Shown here: one piece after another, positions 48,071 through 58,382 of the stretch | How positions within the stretch are numbered: position 1 is the first letter of the stretch | Layout: the number at the start of each line of letters is the position of its first letter | Assembly: GCA_963762565.1 (NCBI GenBank) | Contig: CAVXLD010000009.1 | Span: 96,001-160,000 of the forward strand | Reading direction: 5' to 3' | DNA: 64,000 bases | Source: an uncultured Verrucomicrobiae bacterium | GTDB lineage: Bacteria > Verrucomicrobiota > Verrucomicrobiia > Chthoniobacterales > JAFAMB01 | Program-made: the position numbers and the translations under genes | The notes under the pieces: model-generated | Seen by the model: the letters and a program-made list of their open reading frames with translations, nothing else | Told to the model about the DNA's origin: nothing | The model's database searches: none

Positions 48071-48746
48071 ATGACGGCGACAATGAGACATCAACCGACC
48101 AGCCTACCGGCGGTTACTTGTCCCCACACCGGGGCTTGGGACGGCTCGTCGTTGGATGGACTGGCAGATTGTTGGTCTACCGCCAGTCGCATTTTTCTGG
48201 CGGATAATAGGAGCGGCCGGCCCCCGCTCTGGGGCACGGAAGTCCGGACCGGCTGGCACCAAGACGAACTTCTGGCGCTGTTCATCTGCCAAGATCCAGA
48301 TCCCGCGAGCAACTTTTACCAAGCGCGATGATCCGCTTTGGGAAGAAGATGTGGTCGAGGTTTTCATCGATCCGTTCGGCGACCTGAACTGTTACTTTGA
48401 GTTCGAGGTTAATCCCTTGAATGCCGTATTGGACGTCTTTGTCCGGCGCGTTCGAGGTGGTATGCGGAAGGATTTCACCTGGAACTGCGAAGGGCTTCGT
48501 ACAGCGACGGGTTTATTGGCTTACGGATGGGTGGCGGGCATAGCTATCCCCTTCAAGAGTATGGGCGACTGTGATCGTTCTCAGTGGAGGATTAATTTTT
48601 GCCGAATTGAACGTCCTAAAGATCAACCTCGCGAGCTCTCGGCATGGTCTCCTACCTTCAGCGGGACTTTCCATTTACCCGAACGCTTTGGAGTTTTGAA
48701 ATTGGAGGAGCTAGGAGCTAGGAGAGGCGCGGCAGCTCGACGGTGA
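48071..48746 (+). pseudogene. Carbohydrate-binding family 9-like (DOMON-like) protein, frameshifted near 48302
   Basis: First frame ...TEVRTGWHQDELLALFICQDPDP continues in another frame as RATFTKRDDPLWEEDVVEVFIDP...YFEFEVNPLN...WRINFCRIE...SAWSPT...FHLPERFG; removing one base restores a single ORF. Confidence 0.75.
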
Positions 48747-48757
48747 TCGTCGTCGTC

Positions 48758-48989
48758 CTCGACTTTGGTGGGGCGAGGCTCCCGAACAGTCCCACGGTTC
48801 GAGCGAAGCGGTTGGTAGGGCCAGCCCCATCGTGCCGTTAGGCCTCAAATCGTGCCGAGCCGTGGTCTATCGTGGCCCACGGCTCGGCGCGTCAATCGGC
48901 CTTACTGATTCATCTCTCAGCGTTCGCGCGGTGCACCCTTGTTCATTCGCCGGGCTGTTCGGGGGCCTCGCCCCCAAAGTCGAGGACGA
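48758..48989. repeat. Palindromic repeat, family B
   Basis: ctcgactttggtggggcgaggctcccg...gggggcctcgcccccaaagtcgag, flanked by ggagcta arrays. Confidence 0.82.
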
Positions 48990-49092
48990 TTACGATTCGC
49001 TGCCACGCGCCTCCTGGCTCCTAGCTCCTGTTTTTTTCAGCAACCCCACCTATCCCGTTTGAAAACCGGAGCTTGTGAACACAATTTCCATT

Positions 49093-49311
49093 ATGTCCAA
49101 GGAGGAACCCCTGGTTATCCAAGGAACGATCACCGAAGTTTTGCCCAATACGATGTTTCGGGTGACTTTGCCAAACGGCCAGAGGGTTCTCGCCCATATC
49201 AGCGGAAAAATGCGAAAGAATTTCATCCGCATCGTCCCTGGCGACATAGTGGAGATTGAGGTCTCGCCTTACGATATGGGCAAAGCCAGGATTATTTTCC
49301 GAGAGACCTAA
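49093..49311 (+). CDS. infA: Translation initiation factor IF-1
   Basis: MSKEE...[13 protein letters not shown]...[32 protein letters not shown]. Confidence 0.97.
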   Translation: MSKEEPLVIQGTITEVLPNTMFRVTLPNGQRVLAHISGKMRKNFIRIVPGDIVEIEVSPYDMGKARIIFRET

Positions 49312-49412
49312 GCGCGTCGAAGGGTTGATTTTCGAAATTAAAACCGGAAAGTGTTTTATCGTTCAGCGGTAACCCTCTCTCTCCATTTAGAAGATAAACT
49401 TTGGAACGAACT

Positions 49413-49739
49413 ATGGAAACTAGTCCAGATTCAGAAGCAGCGGCGGGTAGATCAAAGGACCATTTAAAAGCTGCGGCTGACGATTTTAAAACTGCAGCCA
49501 GTGCAAAAGCAGATGAAATTCGAAAGGCCGCGGAAAAGAAGGCAGACGAGCTCAGGGCCGCAGCGGCGGGCAGAGCTCAGGAATTTCGTGGAGCGGCCGA
49601 GACCGCGTGGTCAGACGCTCATTCGAAGGCAAAATATTGGCAGAGTGAGGGAGAAGCTTACGTACGAGAGAACCCCACTAAGGCGATATTGATGGCGCTG
49701 GGAGCAGGTTTTCTCCTGGGCCTATTTCTTCGCAAATAA
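49413..49739 (+). CDS. DUF883/ElaB/YqjD-like membrane-anchored protein
   Basis: Ala/Lys-rich helix ending YVRENPTKAILMALGAGFLLGLFLRK. Confidence 0.85.
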   Translation: METSPDSEAAAGRSKDHLKAAADDFKTAASAKADEIRKAAEKKADELRAAAAGRAQEFRGAAETAWSDAHSKAKYWQSEGEAYVRENPTKAILMALGAGFLLGLFLRK

Positions 49740-49742
49740 TCT

Positions 49743-50162
49743 ATGAGTTCGGATGCTCCGGTTGGAGCTGAATCGGAGCACTCATCGACCGCCGATTCTT
49801 TTAAAGACTGGGTCGCAACGTTTCTTCGTTACCTGGAGCTGCGACTCCAGCTCTTGGGCCTGGAAGCGAAGGAAGCCGGATTCCATCTTTTAATTCTCGG
49901 CCTTTTGGTCACTGGTGTACTGACGTTATTTGCCGGCTTCCTGGTCATGTTCGCGGTATTCCTGCTTTACCTGATAATCACGCTATTACATTGGGAATGG
50001 GGCTGGGGAGCTTTGCTCTGTGCTGGCATCCTGTTAGCCGGGAGCCTGGTTGCCGCGATTATCTTTCGCTACCGAGTAGTCCGGCCTGTGTTCCGTATGA
50101 CGTTGGAAGAGCTGCAAAAGGATAGAGAATGGCTTCGGTCAACGACGAGAAACGTCGAATAG
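49743..50162 (+). CDS. YqjE-like (phage-holin superfamily) membrane protein
   Basis: RLQLLGLEAKE, two TM segments, TLEELQKDREWL; syntenic with the DUF883 gene. Confidence 0.8.
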   Translation: MSSDAPVGAESEHSSTADSFKDWVATFLRYLELRLQLLGLEAKEAGFHLLILGLLVTGVLTLFAGFLVMFAVFLLYLIITLLHWEWGWGALLCAGILLAGSLVAAIIFRYRVVRPVFRMTLEELQKDREWLRSTTRNVE

Positions 50163-50488
50163 TCGAGGAAATCGAGAGAGCCCGCGGCGACCTGGGCGGC
50201 GTCAGCGTCACCTTGGGCGGTCAGCTCAATCTCCAACGACGTTTTTCTGTAGCTTGGCAAAAGAATCGCTGGGTCTGGCTAAGCTTCCTCGCATTTTTCG
50301 GCTGGGTACTCTCGCGCTTACCCAGACGAACAAAGAAGATCTATCTCGATAAGGCCGGCGCTCGTGTCCGGCCTCCTGGTAAAAGCCTTGTTAGTATGAT
50401 AGCAGGACAGCTTTGGTCCGTTGCCTGGTCGATCGCTAAGCCGGCTCTCACGGCCTATTTGGCGCGGAAGATGGCCAAGAAGGTGTAG
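50129..50488 (+). CDS. Hypothetical protein (YqjK-like position in the operon)
   Basis: Overlaps the preceding gene; amphipathic/TM segment; operon context. Confidence 0.6.
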   Translation: MASVNDEKRRIVEEIERARGDLGGVSVTLGGQLNLQRRFSVAWQKNRWVWLSFLAFFGWVLSRLPRRTKKIYLDKAGARVRPPGKSLVSMIAGQLWSVAWSIAKPALTAYLARKMAKKV

Positions 50489-50501
50489 GTCTTGAAGGGC
50501 C

Positions 50502-50700
50502 TGGTAGGGCGAGGCTCCCGAAAGGCCTAGACCTCTTCGCGAAGAAACGACGTTTTCCTGAACCGATCGTTAACAAGATCTACACGTGGCCGCGCGCAAC
50601 CCCCGGCTCGGCGGGCGTATCGGCATCTCGGACGAGGGATTCAAGAGAATATCGGCGCTCTGCGAAACGTTTTAGAACATTCGGGAGCCTCGCCCTACCA
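50502..50700. repeat. Palindromic repeat, family B
   Basis: tggtagggcgaggctcccga...tcgggagcctcgccctacca. Confidence 0.82.
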
Positions 50701-50704
50701 ATGC

Positions 50705-52579
50705 TCACACCTTCCGCCCGAATTTCTTCTCCAGCTCAGAATAGCCGATCTGGATCATGGTGGGGCGTCCGTGCGGACAGCAATAGGGTAACTCGCAGGC
50801 CAATAGATCCTTCACTAATTGACCAATCTCAGCGGAATGAAGCAGATCATTGGCTTTTACGGCGTAACGACAAACGGTCTTGGCAATGACGTCTTCTCCG
50901 AGGCGAAGACGCGACGTACTGGAAGTGAGAGAACGAAGCTCATCTACTAGCTGGCGGATGGTATTTGCAGGATCTTCCATCTTCAAAAACTGCGGAATTC
51001 CATCGATCTTCAAAGTTGACTCACCAAAAGGCTCAACCGAAAAACCCATCCGCTGCAAGCTAGGAGCATTTAAGAGCAGCCAGTCGAAGTCTTTTGGCGG
51101 CAGCCGTAGCACAATGGGAATTAGCAGGCGTTGACAGGGGACACCGGCAGTTTCGGTTTCCCGCCGAAGACGCTCGAACAAAATACGTTCATGAGCGGCG
51201 TGCTGATCCACCAGGACTAACCCCTCTCCATTTTCCATGAGGATGTAGAGTTTCCCTAACACCCCGAGCAATCGAAACTCTGACGACGGGGTTCCCTGGC
51301 CTTCCACCGGGAAAATGGTCGGAGATGCTACTGGCCGCAGGTCAGGCGAAACCGACACAGCTGTTTCTGGGCGAAAGATCGCCGGCGTGGCTAGTCCGTC
51401 CTGTTTTTGCTGTGGTTGTGGAAACTCGTGCCAATCTTTCCGCAGGGCGAACTGCTCCGCTACCGGTACGAGCGGGGCAACCGGTTCGCTCCTGGCCAAC
51501 GAAGCTAAAGGGGGGGACGGGGCGAAGTCTGCGCTATCCGTCGCGGGCGCAGACCGCGGACTTGTGAATGCCCGGCTCCAATTACCTCGGTCGGAATCGA
51601 GTGTTTTCCGAACCGTTTCAGCTAAAGCCTGTCGAATCACATCGGGATTGCGAAAACGCACCTCACGCTTGGCCGGATGCACATTAACGTCAACGTCGGC
51701 CGGATCCAGATCCAGAAACAGAAACACCAACGGATACTGCCCTTTCATTAAAGCCGTGTGGTAGCCTTCCCGCAAGGCGTGCTGGATGGTAAGGTTCTCG
51801 ACAGCGCGACCATTAACAAAAATGATTTGTTCCGCCCGGGTAGGCCGGCTGACACCAGCTTTCCCCAGAAACCCACGAATGGAGATGCCGTCCGTTGTGG
51901 TGGGCTCGATCTCGACCACCCGTTTTATGATCTCCTCACCTCGGAGATCGGAGATGCGGGTGGCTAATGACTGCGTCGGCGGCAACTGAAAGATGACCGT
52001 TTGATCTCGGAGAAAGACAAACCCGACCTCCGGGTGGCCGACCGCTTGGAGCATCAATTGATGCTGTACGTGGCTCGATTCGGTGTTTTCGGTGCGCAAG
52101 AATTTTCGCCGAGCGGGTAAATTGTAGAAGAGATGCTTGACCTCGATCAACGTCCCCGAAGCTTCTCCGCACGCTCTGACGGTATCTATTTTTCCCCCAT
52201 TCACCAAGATCTCGGTCCCTTCAATTGCATCAGCGGGACGGGTAGCCAATCGAAAGCGAGAGACGCTGGCTATGCTTGGCAAAGCTTCTCCACGAAAACC
52301 AAGTGTATGGATACTAGCCAGGTCGTTACCGGTCCGAATCTTACTAGTCGCATGCCGCTCGAGACTTAAGAGAGCGTCGTCTCGGTCCATGCCAATGCCA
52401 TTGTCTACCACGCGCACCAAGCTGGAACCGCCTTTAGCAACCGCGATTTCGATCCTGGTTGCTCCGGCATCCAGACTGTTTTCAACCAGCTCCTTGACCA
52501 CCGAAGCAGGGCGCTCCACGACCTCACCCGCAGCGACTTGTGAGGCCACTTCGTCCGGAAGCAAGGCAATGCGACCCAT
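50705..52579 (-). CDS. mutL: DNA mismatch repair endonuclease MutL
   Basis: AAGEVVERPASVVKELVENSLDAGA, GFRGEAL, DVNVHPAKREV, DQHAAHER, CPHGRP. Confidence 0.97.
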   Translation of the reverse strand: MGRIALLPDEVASQVAAGEVVERPASVVKELVENSLDAGATRIEIAVAKGGSSLVRVVDNGIGMDRDDALLSLERHATSKIRTGNDLASIHTLGFRGEALPSIASVSRFRLATRPADAIEGTEILVNGGKIDTVRACGEASGTLIEVKHLFYNLPARRKFLRTENTESSHVQHQLMLQAVGHPEVGFVFLRDQTVIFQLPPTQSLATRISDLRGEEIIKRVVEIEPTTTDGISIRGFLGKAGVSRPTRAEQIIFVNGRAVENLTIQHALREGYHTALMKGQYPLVFLFLDLDPADVDVNVHPAKREVRFRNPDVIRQALAETVRKTLDSDRGNWSRAFTSPRSAPATDSADFAPSPPLASLARSEPVAPLVPVAEQFALRKDWHEFPQPQQKQDGLATPAIFRPETAVSVSPDLRPVASPTIFPVEGQGTPSSEFRLLGVLGKLYILMENGEGLVLVDQHAAHERILFERLRRETETAGVPCQRLLIPIVLRLPPKDFDWLLLNAPSLQRMGFSVEPFGESTLKIDGIPQFLKMEDPANTIRQLVDELRSLTSSTSRLRLGEDVIAKTVCRYAVKANDLLHSAEIGQLVKDLLACELPYCCPHGRPTMIQIGYSELEKKFGRKV

Positions 52580-52680
52580 TTCCTAGGGTACAATATGGGA
52601 CGGGCTTCCACAATCGGAGTGGCGGGGGATGCTTCATTCTCGTCCTTCCAATGAACACGTCGGTGTTGCTGGCCCAGGGT

Positions 52681-52892
52681 CTGGAGGGGAGCCGCTTTGT
52701 AACTTGGCAGTTCTATCGGATGGCAGCAAGCGGCTCCCGGGAATTACCCACCGTCAGCCATTAGGGAACAACGCGTCGCTAGAGGCCATGATTGGAAGCC
52801 CCTGATAGAACTGCCTAGCTCTGGGAACGTTCTCGGGAGCCGCCTGCTGCCAACCTACAGAGCTGCCAACTTACAAAGCGGCTCCCCTCCAG
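52681..52892. repeat. Nested palindromic repeat, family A
   Basis: ctggaggggagccgctttgtaacttggcag...ctgccaacttacaaagcggctcccctccag. Confidence 0.85.
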
Positions 52893-52916
52893 GCGTTGGG
52901 CGGCTCGGACCAGGAG

Positions 52917-53483
52917 CTAATGGCTCGGCCGCCGATACAACAGCTCAACAATACCGGTCTTGTAAGCAATTACGTTCTTTAGACTCCATCTCGTTTCGGT
53001 AATGGAGTTGTCAAACAGATGCAGCCCATCACCTAACAGGACCGGGATAACCGCCAATCTGATCTCATCAACCAAGCCGAGCCTGAGAAAACTCTGGCAT
53101 AGCATCGCCCCGCCCACGAGCCAGACGCTTCCGTAGCGCGGCCCGAGACTTTCATCAACCAATCTCTTGAGATCGCCGGAATAGAACTCAACGCTTTTCC
53201 TCGTTGACGGCAGCTGTCTCTTTGTGACCACGACGGTCGGAGTATCGCCATAGGGCCAGCCGAGTTGGAGCGCGTGCTCGTAGGTGTGAGAACCGAGCAC
53301 AAAGCAGTCGATAGGCTCAATGATCTCTTCAGCACTATCGTCAGCAACGCCTTTTTCGTAGACGTCTCCAGGCGTGTCCAGCCACGAGACATTGTTGTCC
53401 TTCTTGGCGATGATGCCATCCAGGCTTGCGACAACGTGAAGCGTTACCGTCGATCTTCTTGGGTTCGCCGCGTCGCTTGACAT
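52917..53483 (-). CDS. Dihydrofolate reductase / RibD C-terminal domain protein
   Basis: ASLDGIIA, VWLVGG, GLVDEIRLAVIPVLLGDG. Confidence 0.88.
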   Translation of the reverse strand: MSSDAANPRRSTVTLHVVASLDGIIAKKDNNVSWLDTPGDVYEKGVADDSAEEIIEPIDCFVLGSHTYEHALQLGWPYGDTPTVVVTKRQLPSTRKSVEFYSGDLKRLVDESLGPRYGSVWLVGGAMLCQSFLRLGLVDEIRLAVIPVLLGDGLHLFDNSITETRWSLKNVIAYKTGIVELLYRRPSH

Positions 53484-53755
53484 ATGTCTTCCGGCATCTT
53501 CGTGAGCTCACTCGAGCGCTCCGCGATGGCGGACTAGAATTGTTCGTGTCGTTCTAAGACGGTCCACCAGGGCGCTGCAAGCCCTAAAAGCAACGCGCTT
53601 CGTTCTTGGATTGAGTGCATGCCAATCCCTCGGGAGTCCTCGCAGCGCGCGGGGACGCGCGCCCTCCCCGTGTCAGGGATCATTTCTCACCTCTCACCAA
53701 TCACCTCTCACACATTGACGTCCCCCGCAGTTACCGTTTAAGTTAGGCACGCCAC

Positions 53756-54094
53756 ATGATTAAGGTCACCCAAGCAGCTATTCGTCATCTCCAGGAGCTG
53801 GTCTCGACAGATCCGAGTTACAGCGACAAAGGGTTACGCATCCTTGTCGAAGACGGAGGCTGTGCCGGTTTGCAATACGGCATGCAGTTTGATTACCCGA
53901 AGGCGGATGACCATCGGATCGAAAGCAACGGAGTAGCTGTACTCATCGATCCGAAGAGCGCCGAGTTTTTGCAGGGATCAACCGTCGACTTTACTGATGG
54001 GTTGACCGGTTCAGGTTTTAAAATTGATAATCCTAACGTTGTCCGCAGTTGTGGTTGTGGAAGTTCATTCGAGGTGTCCGGGGAGAAACGCTGA
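53756..54094 (+). CDS. HesB/IscA-family Fe-S cluster assembly protein
   Basis: GGCAGLQYGM, FKIDNPN, SCGCGSSF. Confidence 0.95.
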   Translation: MIKVTQAAIRHLQELVSTDPSYSDKGLRILVEDGGCAGLQYGMQFDYPKADDHRIESNGVAVLIDPKSAEFLQGSTVDFTDGLTGSGFKIDNPNVVRSCGCGSSFEVSGEKR

Positions 54095-54118
54095 TCTCCC
54101 GAAATCAGCTGACTACCG

Positions 54119-55558
54119 ATGAAAGCAGTAGAGCTCGGGCGCACACGAGGTCGTCTGCCCCCACCTGAGGGCTCGGACGGTCTATTCGGTTGGACGGTGG
54201 TTATTCTATTACTCTGCGGCGTGGCCGTCGTGTGCTGGATCGGAACTTTCTACGTTTTCGATCACCCGGAACAGCCGTTCAACTACCAGCTACTGGCTAA
54301 GCTCAATAAGGTGTCGCCACCGAAACGTTTCGAATTAACGGCCGCTCCAGCCGGCGAATTCTTGGGGGCTGACAAATTGCTCGAGCGATACGGAGCGATG
54401 ACCAGCACCGGTCTCGTGGAAGAAAGCAACAACCTTCTTCGGTCATATCTGCGCAACTACGATCATCAGGTCGGCAAGGTCCCCTATGTAACCGGAAAAT
54501 ATACCGTTCTGGACGCCTTCCCCATGACCGAAAACCAATACTTCGGCACCGGGGTAGTAGCGCTGGCGCAATCAAACGACGTACCCACGATGTATGTGGA
54601 AGCGGTCTTTCCGGCGACGAAAGAACAGCTGACCAGCATGCAACGGGTGCTGGTCACCGGGTTAGGATTGGAATTGCGACGATCTTTTGACCTGACCGCC
54701 ATTGTTCATATAACGAACCTTGGAGGAGGACGTCTACTGTTTACCTGTATGCCGTTGCTTTACTCTTCGTATGGCCAGAGCGGCAACAGTTTCCAACTTG
54801 AACCTCCTTCATCTCTTTATGTGAAGGCTGGCCTGCCTTTGCTTAGCAACAACCAGTTTGAGGCGGCCGAAAACCGGTTCGCACAATATCGCCGCGCCGC
54901 CGGCTCACAGCTAGCGGCGACGAACACTCCTGCGGCGAAACCATCGGGCAACGCGTCGCCTGTTGCATCGGTTTCCAATAGCCCGACTCTGGTGGCCGCT
55001 TTACGCGCGGAACCAGTGTCATCCCCTACCCCATCTCTATTGGCGAAAAACCCACGCGCCAGCAGTACGCCAAAACAACCTGTTGCAGCCGTAACGCCCG
55101 CAAATCGTGCTAACGCATCGCCGACCGCTTCGGCCGTTGTTGTTGAAACAACTCCCCAACCCTTTTTGGCAGCTTCAGCCAGTCCTGGAGCAGGTAACCG
55201 AATTGGAAGCTGGCAGCTTTTTAAGCCGGGGTTGATGCCGCGGGGCCGGTTGTTAGATGTAAACCAGACAACCGAGATAGCGGATAAAGGAATCGGCACA
55301 GACCCAATCTACCTGAAAGGCGAGTTCACGGTTACTGCTGCAAGGGAGAATCGCGCGGTCTTGCGCCCTAAGGCGGAGTCAGGCAACGGACCGGGAGCGA
55401 GCGTCCGGATTATCGTAGAGTTCCCACGGGGCGGCACCGTACCTAAGGAGGGAGACGCTATTGCCAGAATGAGCGACCGTCCTTTCCAGATTGAAGACGT
55501 TCGAAAAGGTGCAGACGGTCAGGTGAATATCTACGTCCGGGAAATCACGGTCGAGTAA
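54119..55558 (+). CDS. Hypothetical membrane-anchored protein with a Pro/Ala/Ser-rich linker
   Basis: 479-aa ORF with an N-terminal TM segment and two globular regions. Confidence 0.7.
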   Translation: MKAVELGRTRGRLPPPEGSDGLFGWTVVILLLCGVAVVCWIGTFYVFDHPEQPFNYQLLAKLNKVSPPKRFELTAAPAGEFLGADKLLERYGAMTSTGLVEESNNLLRSYLRNYDHQVGKVPYVTGKYTVLDAFPMTENQYFGTGVVALAQSNDVPTMYVEAVFPATKEQLTSMQRVLVTGLGLELRRSFDLTAIVHITNLGGGRLLFTCMPLLYSSYGQSGNSFQLEPPSSLYVKAGLPLLSNNQFEAAENRFAQYRRAAGSQLAATNTPAAKPSGNASPVASVSNSPTLVAALRAEPVSSPTPSLLAKNPRASSTPKQPVAAVTPANRANASPTASAVVVETTPQPFLAASASPGAGNRIGSWQLFKPGLMPRGRLLDVNQTTEIADKGIGTDPIYLKGEFTVTAARENRAVLRPKAESGNGPGASVRIIVEFPRGGTVPKEGDAIARMSDRPFQIEDVRKGADGQVNIYVREITVE

Positions 55559-55630
55559 GGAGCTAGAATCTAGGAGCTAGTAGGGGCGCGGCAGCGAGTC
55601 GTAATCGTCCTCGTCCTTCGTCGTCGTCCT

Positions 55631-55868
55631 CGTCCTCGACTTTGGTAGGGCGAGGCTCCCGAATAGCCCGGCGAATGACCAACGGTGCAGCGTGTGAACG
55701 TTGAGAGATGAATCAGTAAGACCGATAGACGCGCCGAGCCGTGGCCCACGATAGACCACGGCTCGGCGCGATTTAATGCCTGACCACTCGATGCAGGCAC
55801 CAATTACCAGCCGCTTCGCTCGAACCCTTGAATTGTTCGGGAGCCTCGCCCCACCAAAGTCGAGGACG
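55631..55868. repeat. Palindromic repeat, family B
   Basis: cgtcctcgactttggtagggcgaggctcccg...cgggagcctcgccccaccaaagtcgaggacg. Confidence 0.82.
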
Positions 55869-55940
55869 AAGGACGAAGACGATTACGACTCGCTGCCGCG
55901 CCCCCCTGCTAGCTCCTAGCTCCTTACAAAACGCGTAGCG

Positions 55941-57092
55941 CTAGTACACATCCCGCTTATACCGCTTCTCTTTTCGCAACGCTTCGACGTACGCGGCGGC
56001 TTGTTCAGGAGTTTTACCTCCCTCTTTCTCCACAATCTGATGAAGAGCGGAATCCACGTCTTTCGCCATGCGAGCCTCGTCGCCGCAGACATAGAAATGG
56101 GCCCCGGCTTCCACCCATTCAAAGATGTCTTTGCTGTTGTCCAGCATTCGATGTTGGACGTAGACCTTATGCGCTTGATCTCTGGAAAACGCCGTGTCGA
56201 ATCGGGTCAAAACACCAAGCTTTTTCATCTCTTCAAGCTGGTCCTGATAAAAGAAATCGCACTTACACCGCTGTTCACCAAAGAAGAGCCAATTCTTGCC
56301 CGGAGCTCCTATCACCCGACGTTCCTCCAGGTACGCTCGAAAAGGGGCTAACCCTGTGCCAGGTCCAATCATGATGATCGGCGTTGAGGGATCTTCCGGC
56401 AGTCGAAATCCTTTCGCCACGTGCACGAACATCGGGATCTCCGCCCCCAGCGTGATCCGGTCCGCCAAATAGGTCGTAGCGACGCCTTCTCGTTGTCTGC
56501 CGTGAGTCTCGTAGCGCACCGAGGCAACCAGGAAATGGACTTCCTCGGGATGGGACCTCAGACTGGACGCAATTGAATAAAGGCGCGGCTGCAGCTTCCG
56601 CGACGTGCGCACAAAGTCCTCGACCGTGAAGCGAACAGAAGGGTTATCGAGGAGAAAATCGATCATCTCCCGCCCCCAAAGATAATGCTCGAGATCTTTT
56701 TTCCGTTCTGGATTCAGCAGTTCCTTGAGCTCACCCGCCGTCGGAGATTTTTCGGCGATTGCTTCTAGAAATTGTTTTGAAGGTTGTGTGATCTGGAAAT
56801 GCTGAAGCAATCCTTGGCGCAACGAAAAAGTCTCCCCTTCTTTAGTGGTAACCGTCTCGTCGCCACTGAAATGGAGCGCTTCCAAAAGATCCTCCACCAG
56901 TTTTGGATTGTTTTTCACAAAGATCCCCATTGAATCCCCCGGCTCATACTGCAGTCCGGACCCAGCCAACGAGAACTCGTAATGGCGCGTCTCTTTTTCT
57001 GACCCAGCAAGCGTCAACGTCCGGCTAACCAAAAGCTTCGCTGGGAATGGATTCTTTCGTGAGTAAGGAGACGCCTGAGCTGCTGTAGACAT
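55941..57092 (-). CDS. Sulfite reductase flavoprotein-like (CysJ FAD/NADPH module without the flavodoxin domain)
   Basis: YSRKNPF, RLYSIASS, MIGPGTGLAPFR, WLFFG, AFSRDQ, YVCGD, RYKRDVY. Confidence 0.88.
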   Translation of the reverse strand: MSTAAQASPYSRKNPFPAKLLVSRTLTLAGSEKETRHYEFSLAGSGLQYEPGDSMGIFVKNNPKLVEDLLEALHFSGDETVTTKEGETFSLRQGLLQHFQITQPSKQFLEAIAEKSPTAGELKELLNPERKKDLEHYLWGREMIDFLLDNPSVRFTVEDFVRTSRKLQPRLYSIASSLRSHPEEVHFLVASVRYETHGRQREGVATTYLADRITLGAEIPMFVHVAKGFRLPEDPSTPIIMIGPGTGLAPFRAYLEERRVIGAPGKNWLFFGEQRCKCDFFYQDQLEEMKKLGVLTRFDTAFSRDQAHKVYVQHRMLDNSKDIFEWVEAGAHFYVCGDEARMAKDVDSALHQIVEKEGGKTPEQAAAYVEALRKEKRYKRDVY

Positions 57093-57140
57093 AAACCGGC
57101 GACATTATTGGAGGAGTTCGAGGAGTTCAAGGGGGACGAG

Positions 57141-57432
57141 TGGGCGAAACGGCGAATGGGCGCACCGGCGAAACGGCGAAAGGGCGCCTCGCGGTCGCGT
57201 GTAGCCGCGCTGCCCGGCGAGATGATGTGTATTGGGTCCCGAACGGGATGAGATTTTATTAGACTCACAGCACTTATGGGCCGACTGGTCTGACCATATA
57301 AGTCCCATCGGTCCCATACGTCCCATTCGGTAGCGGAGTGTTTGTGCGATATCTCGCCCCGAGGCACGGCTACACCTGGACGTTCTCGCGCCCATTCGCC
57401 CTTTCGCCGGTGCGCCCATTCGCCGTTTCGCG
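57141..57432. repeat. Intergenic element bounded by inverted ggcgaaNN octamer arrays
   Basis: gggcgaaacggcgaatgggcgcaccggcgaaa versus tttcgccggtgcgcccattcgccgtttcgc. Confidence 0.7.
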
Positions 57433-57434
57433 CC

Positions 57435-58382
57435 TCATCCTACCGTCCTAACCAGCGGTCCCAGCAGGTCCTCGATTCCGACCACACCGATGGTGTGGTC
57501 CTCGCCGTCGACCACCAGTGCAAGCGTCTGCGGAAATGCGGCTCTCAACCGGTGTAATGCCAGCGACGCTGGCTCATCTTCGTGCATCACTAGCATGCGG
57601 TGAAGATACGTGTCAGCATTTTCTCCTGGCTTCTGATCCAGGATAACATCAAAGACATTGACCAAACCAACGATCTCCCCTTGGTCACTTGCCAGAGGCA
57701 ATGAGTCATAGCGCGTCTGCAAGAAGGTCTTGATAACGTCCTCAACGGGGGTGCCGATTCTTAGCGTCACTACCCGCTCACGTTTGACCATAACGTCCTT
57801 GACCCGCACGGCACGAAAATCGACGACGTTGTGGATCATTTTGCGCTCGATACTGCTCAGCATCCCCATCTTTTCGACCTGCTTGGTAACAGACTTCAGG
57901 TCCTCACGGGCCACAAACACCTCCTGAGGTCGCTTCAATCGAAAAATATGAACCGCACACCAAGAACCCACGGCCATCAAAGGTGTCAGTATCAGAGAGG
58001 CTATCTCCAGGACCACGGCAATGGAGGCAAGAGCCTGGTAGGGGAAGCGCCGGAAAAACGACTTCGGCAACATCTCCGTCAGGATCAAAAAAATCGGAAA
58101 AGCGACCAAAAGGGCGCAGAGATAGCCCCACCCTTTCAAAGCCTCGATAAACCAGGACGCCAGAATCAGGATGGCGATAATATTTGCGAGACCGGTAACG
58201 CAAAGGACGGTGATGAACAGCCGCGAAGGCTCCTCAACCAAGCGCCAGAGCCGGATCGCGTGTGCGTCTCCACTTCGCGATAACTGCCTTAGTCGCAGCC
58301 GGTTAAGTGATAATAGCCCCGCTTCAGTCCCGGAAAAGATAAACGAAACCGCCAGGCAAACGATGAATAAGAGCCACGTCAT
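57435..58382 (-). CDS. CNNM/DUF21 + CBS domain membrane protein
   Basis: FSGTEAGLLSL, EMLPKSF, CBS pair. Confidence 0.85.
   Translation of the reverse strand: MTWLLFIVCLAVSFIFSGTEAGLLSLNRLRLRQLSRSGDAHAIRLWRLVEEPSRLFITVLCVTGLANIIAILILASWFIEALKGWGYLCALLVAFPIFLILTEMLPKSFFRRFPYQALASIAVVLEIASLILTPLMAVGSWCAVHIFRLKRPQEVFVAREDLKSVTKQVEKMGMLSSIERKMIHNVVDFRAVRVKDVMVKRERVVTLRIGTPVEDVIKTFLQTRYDSLPLASDQGEIVGLVNVFDVILDQKPGENADTYLHRMLVMHEDEPASLALHRLRAAFPQTLALVVDGEDHTIGVVGIEDLLGPLVRTVG

Noticed and set aside
49743..50162. Holin-family annotation suggesting a prophage
   Set aside because: It sits in the ordinary DUF883/YqjE-like operon, with no phage genes nearby.
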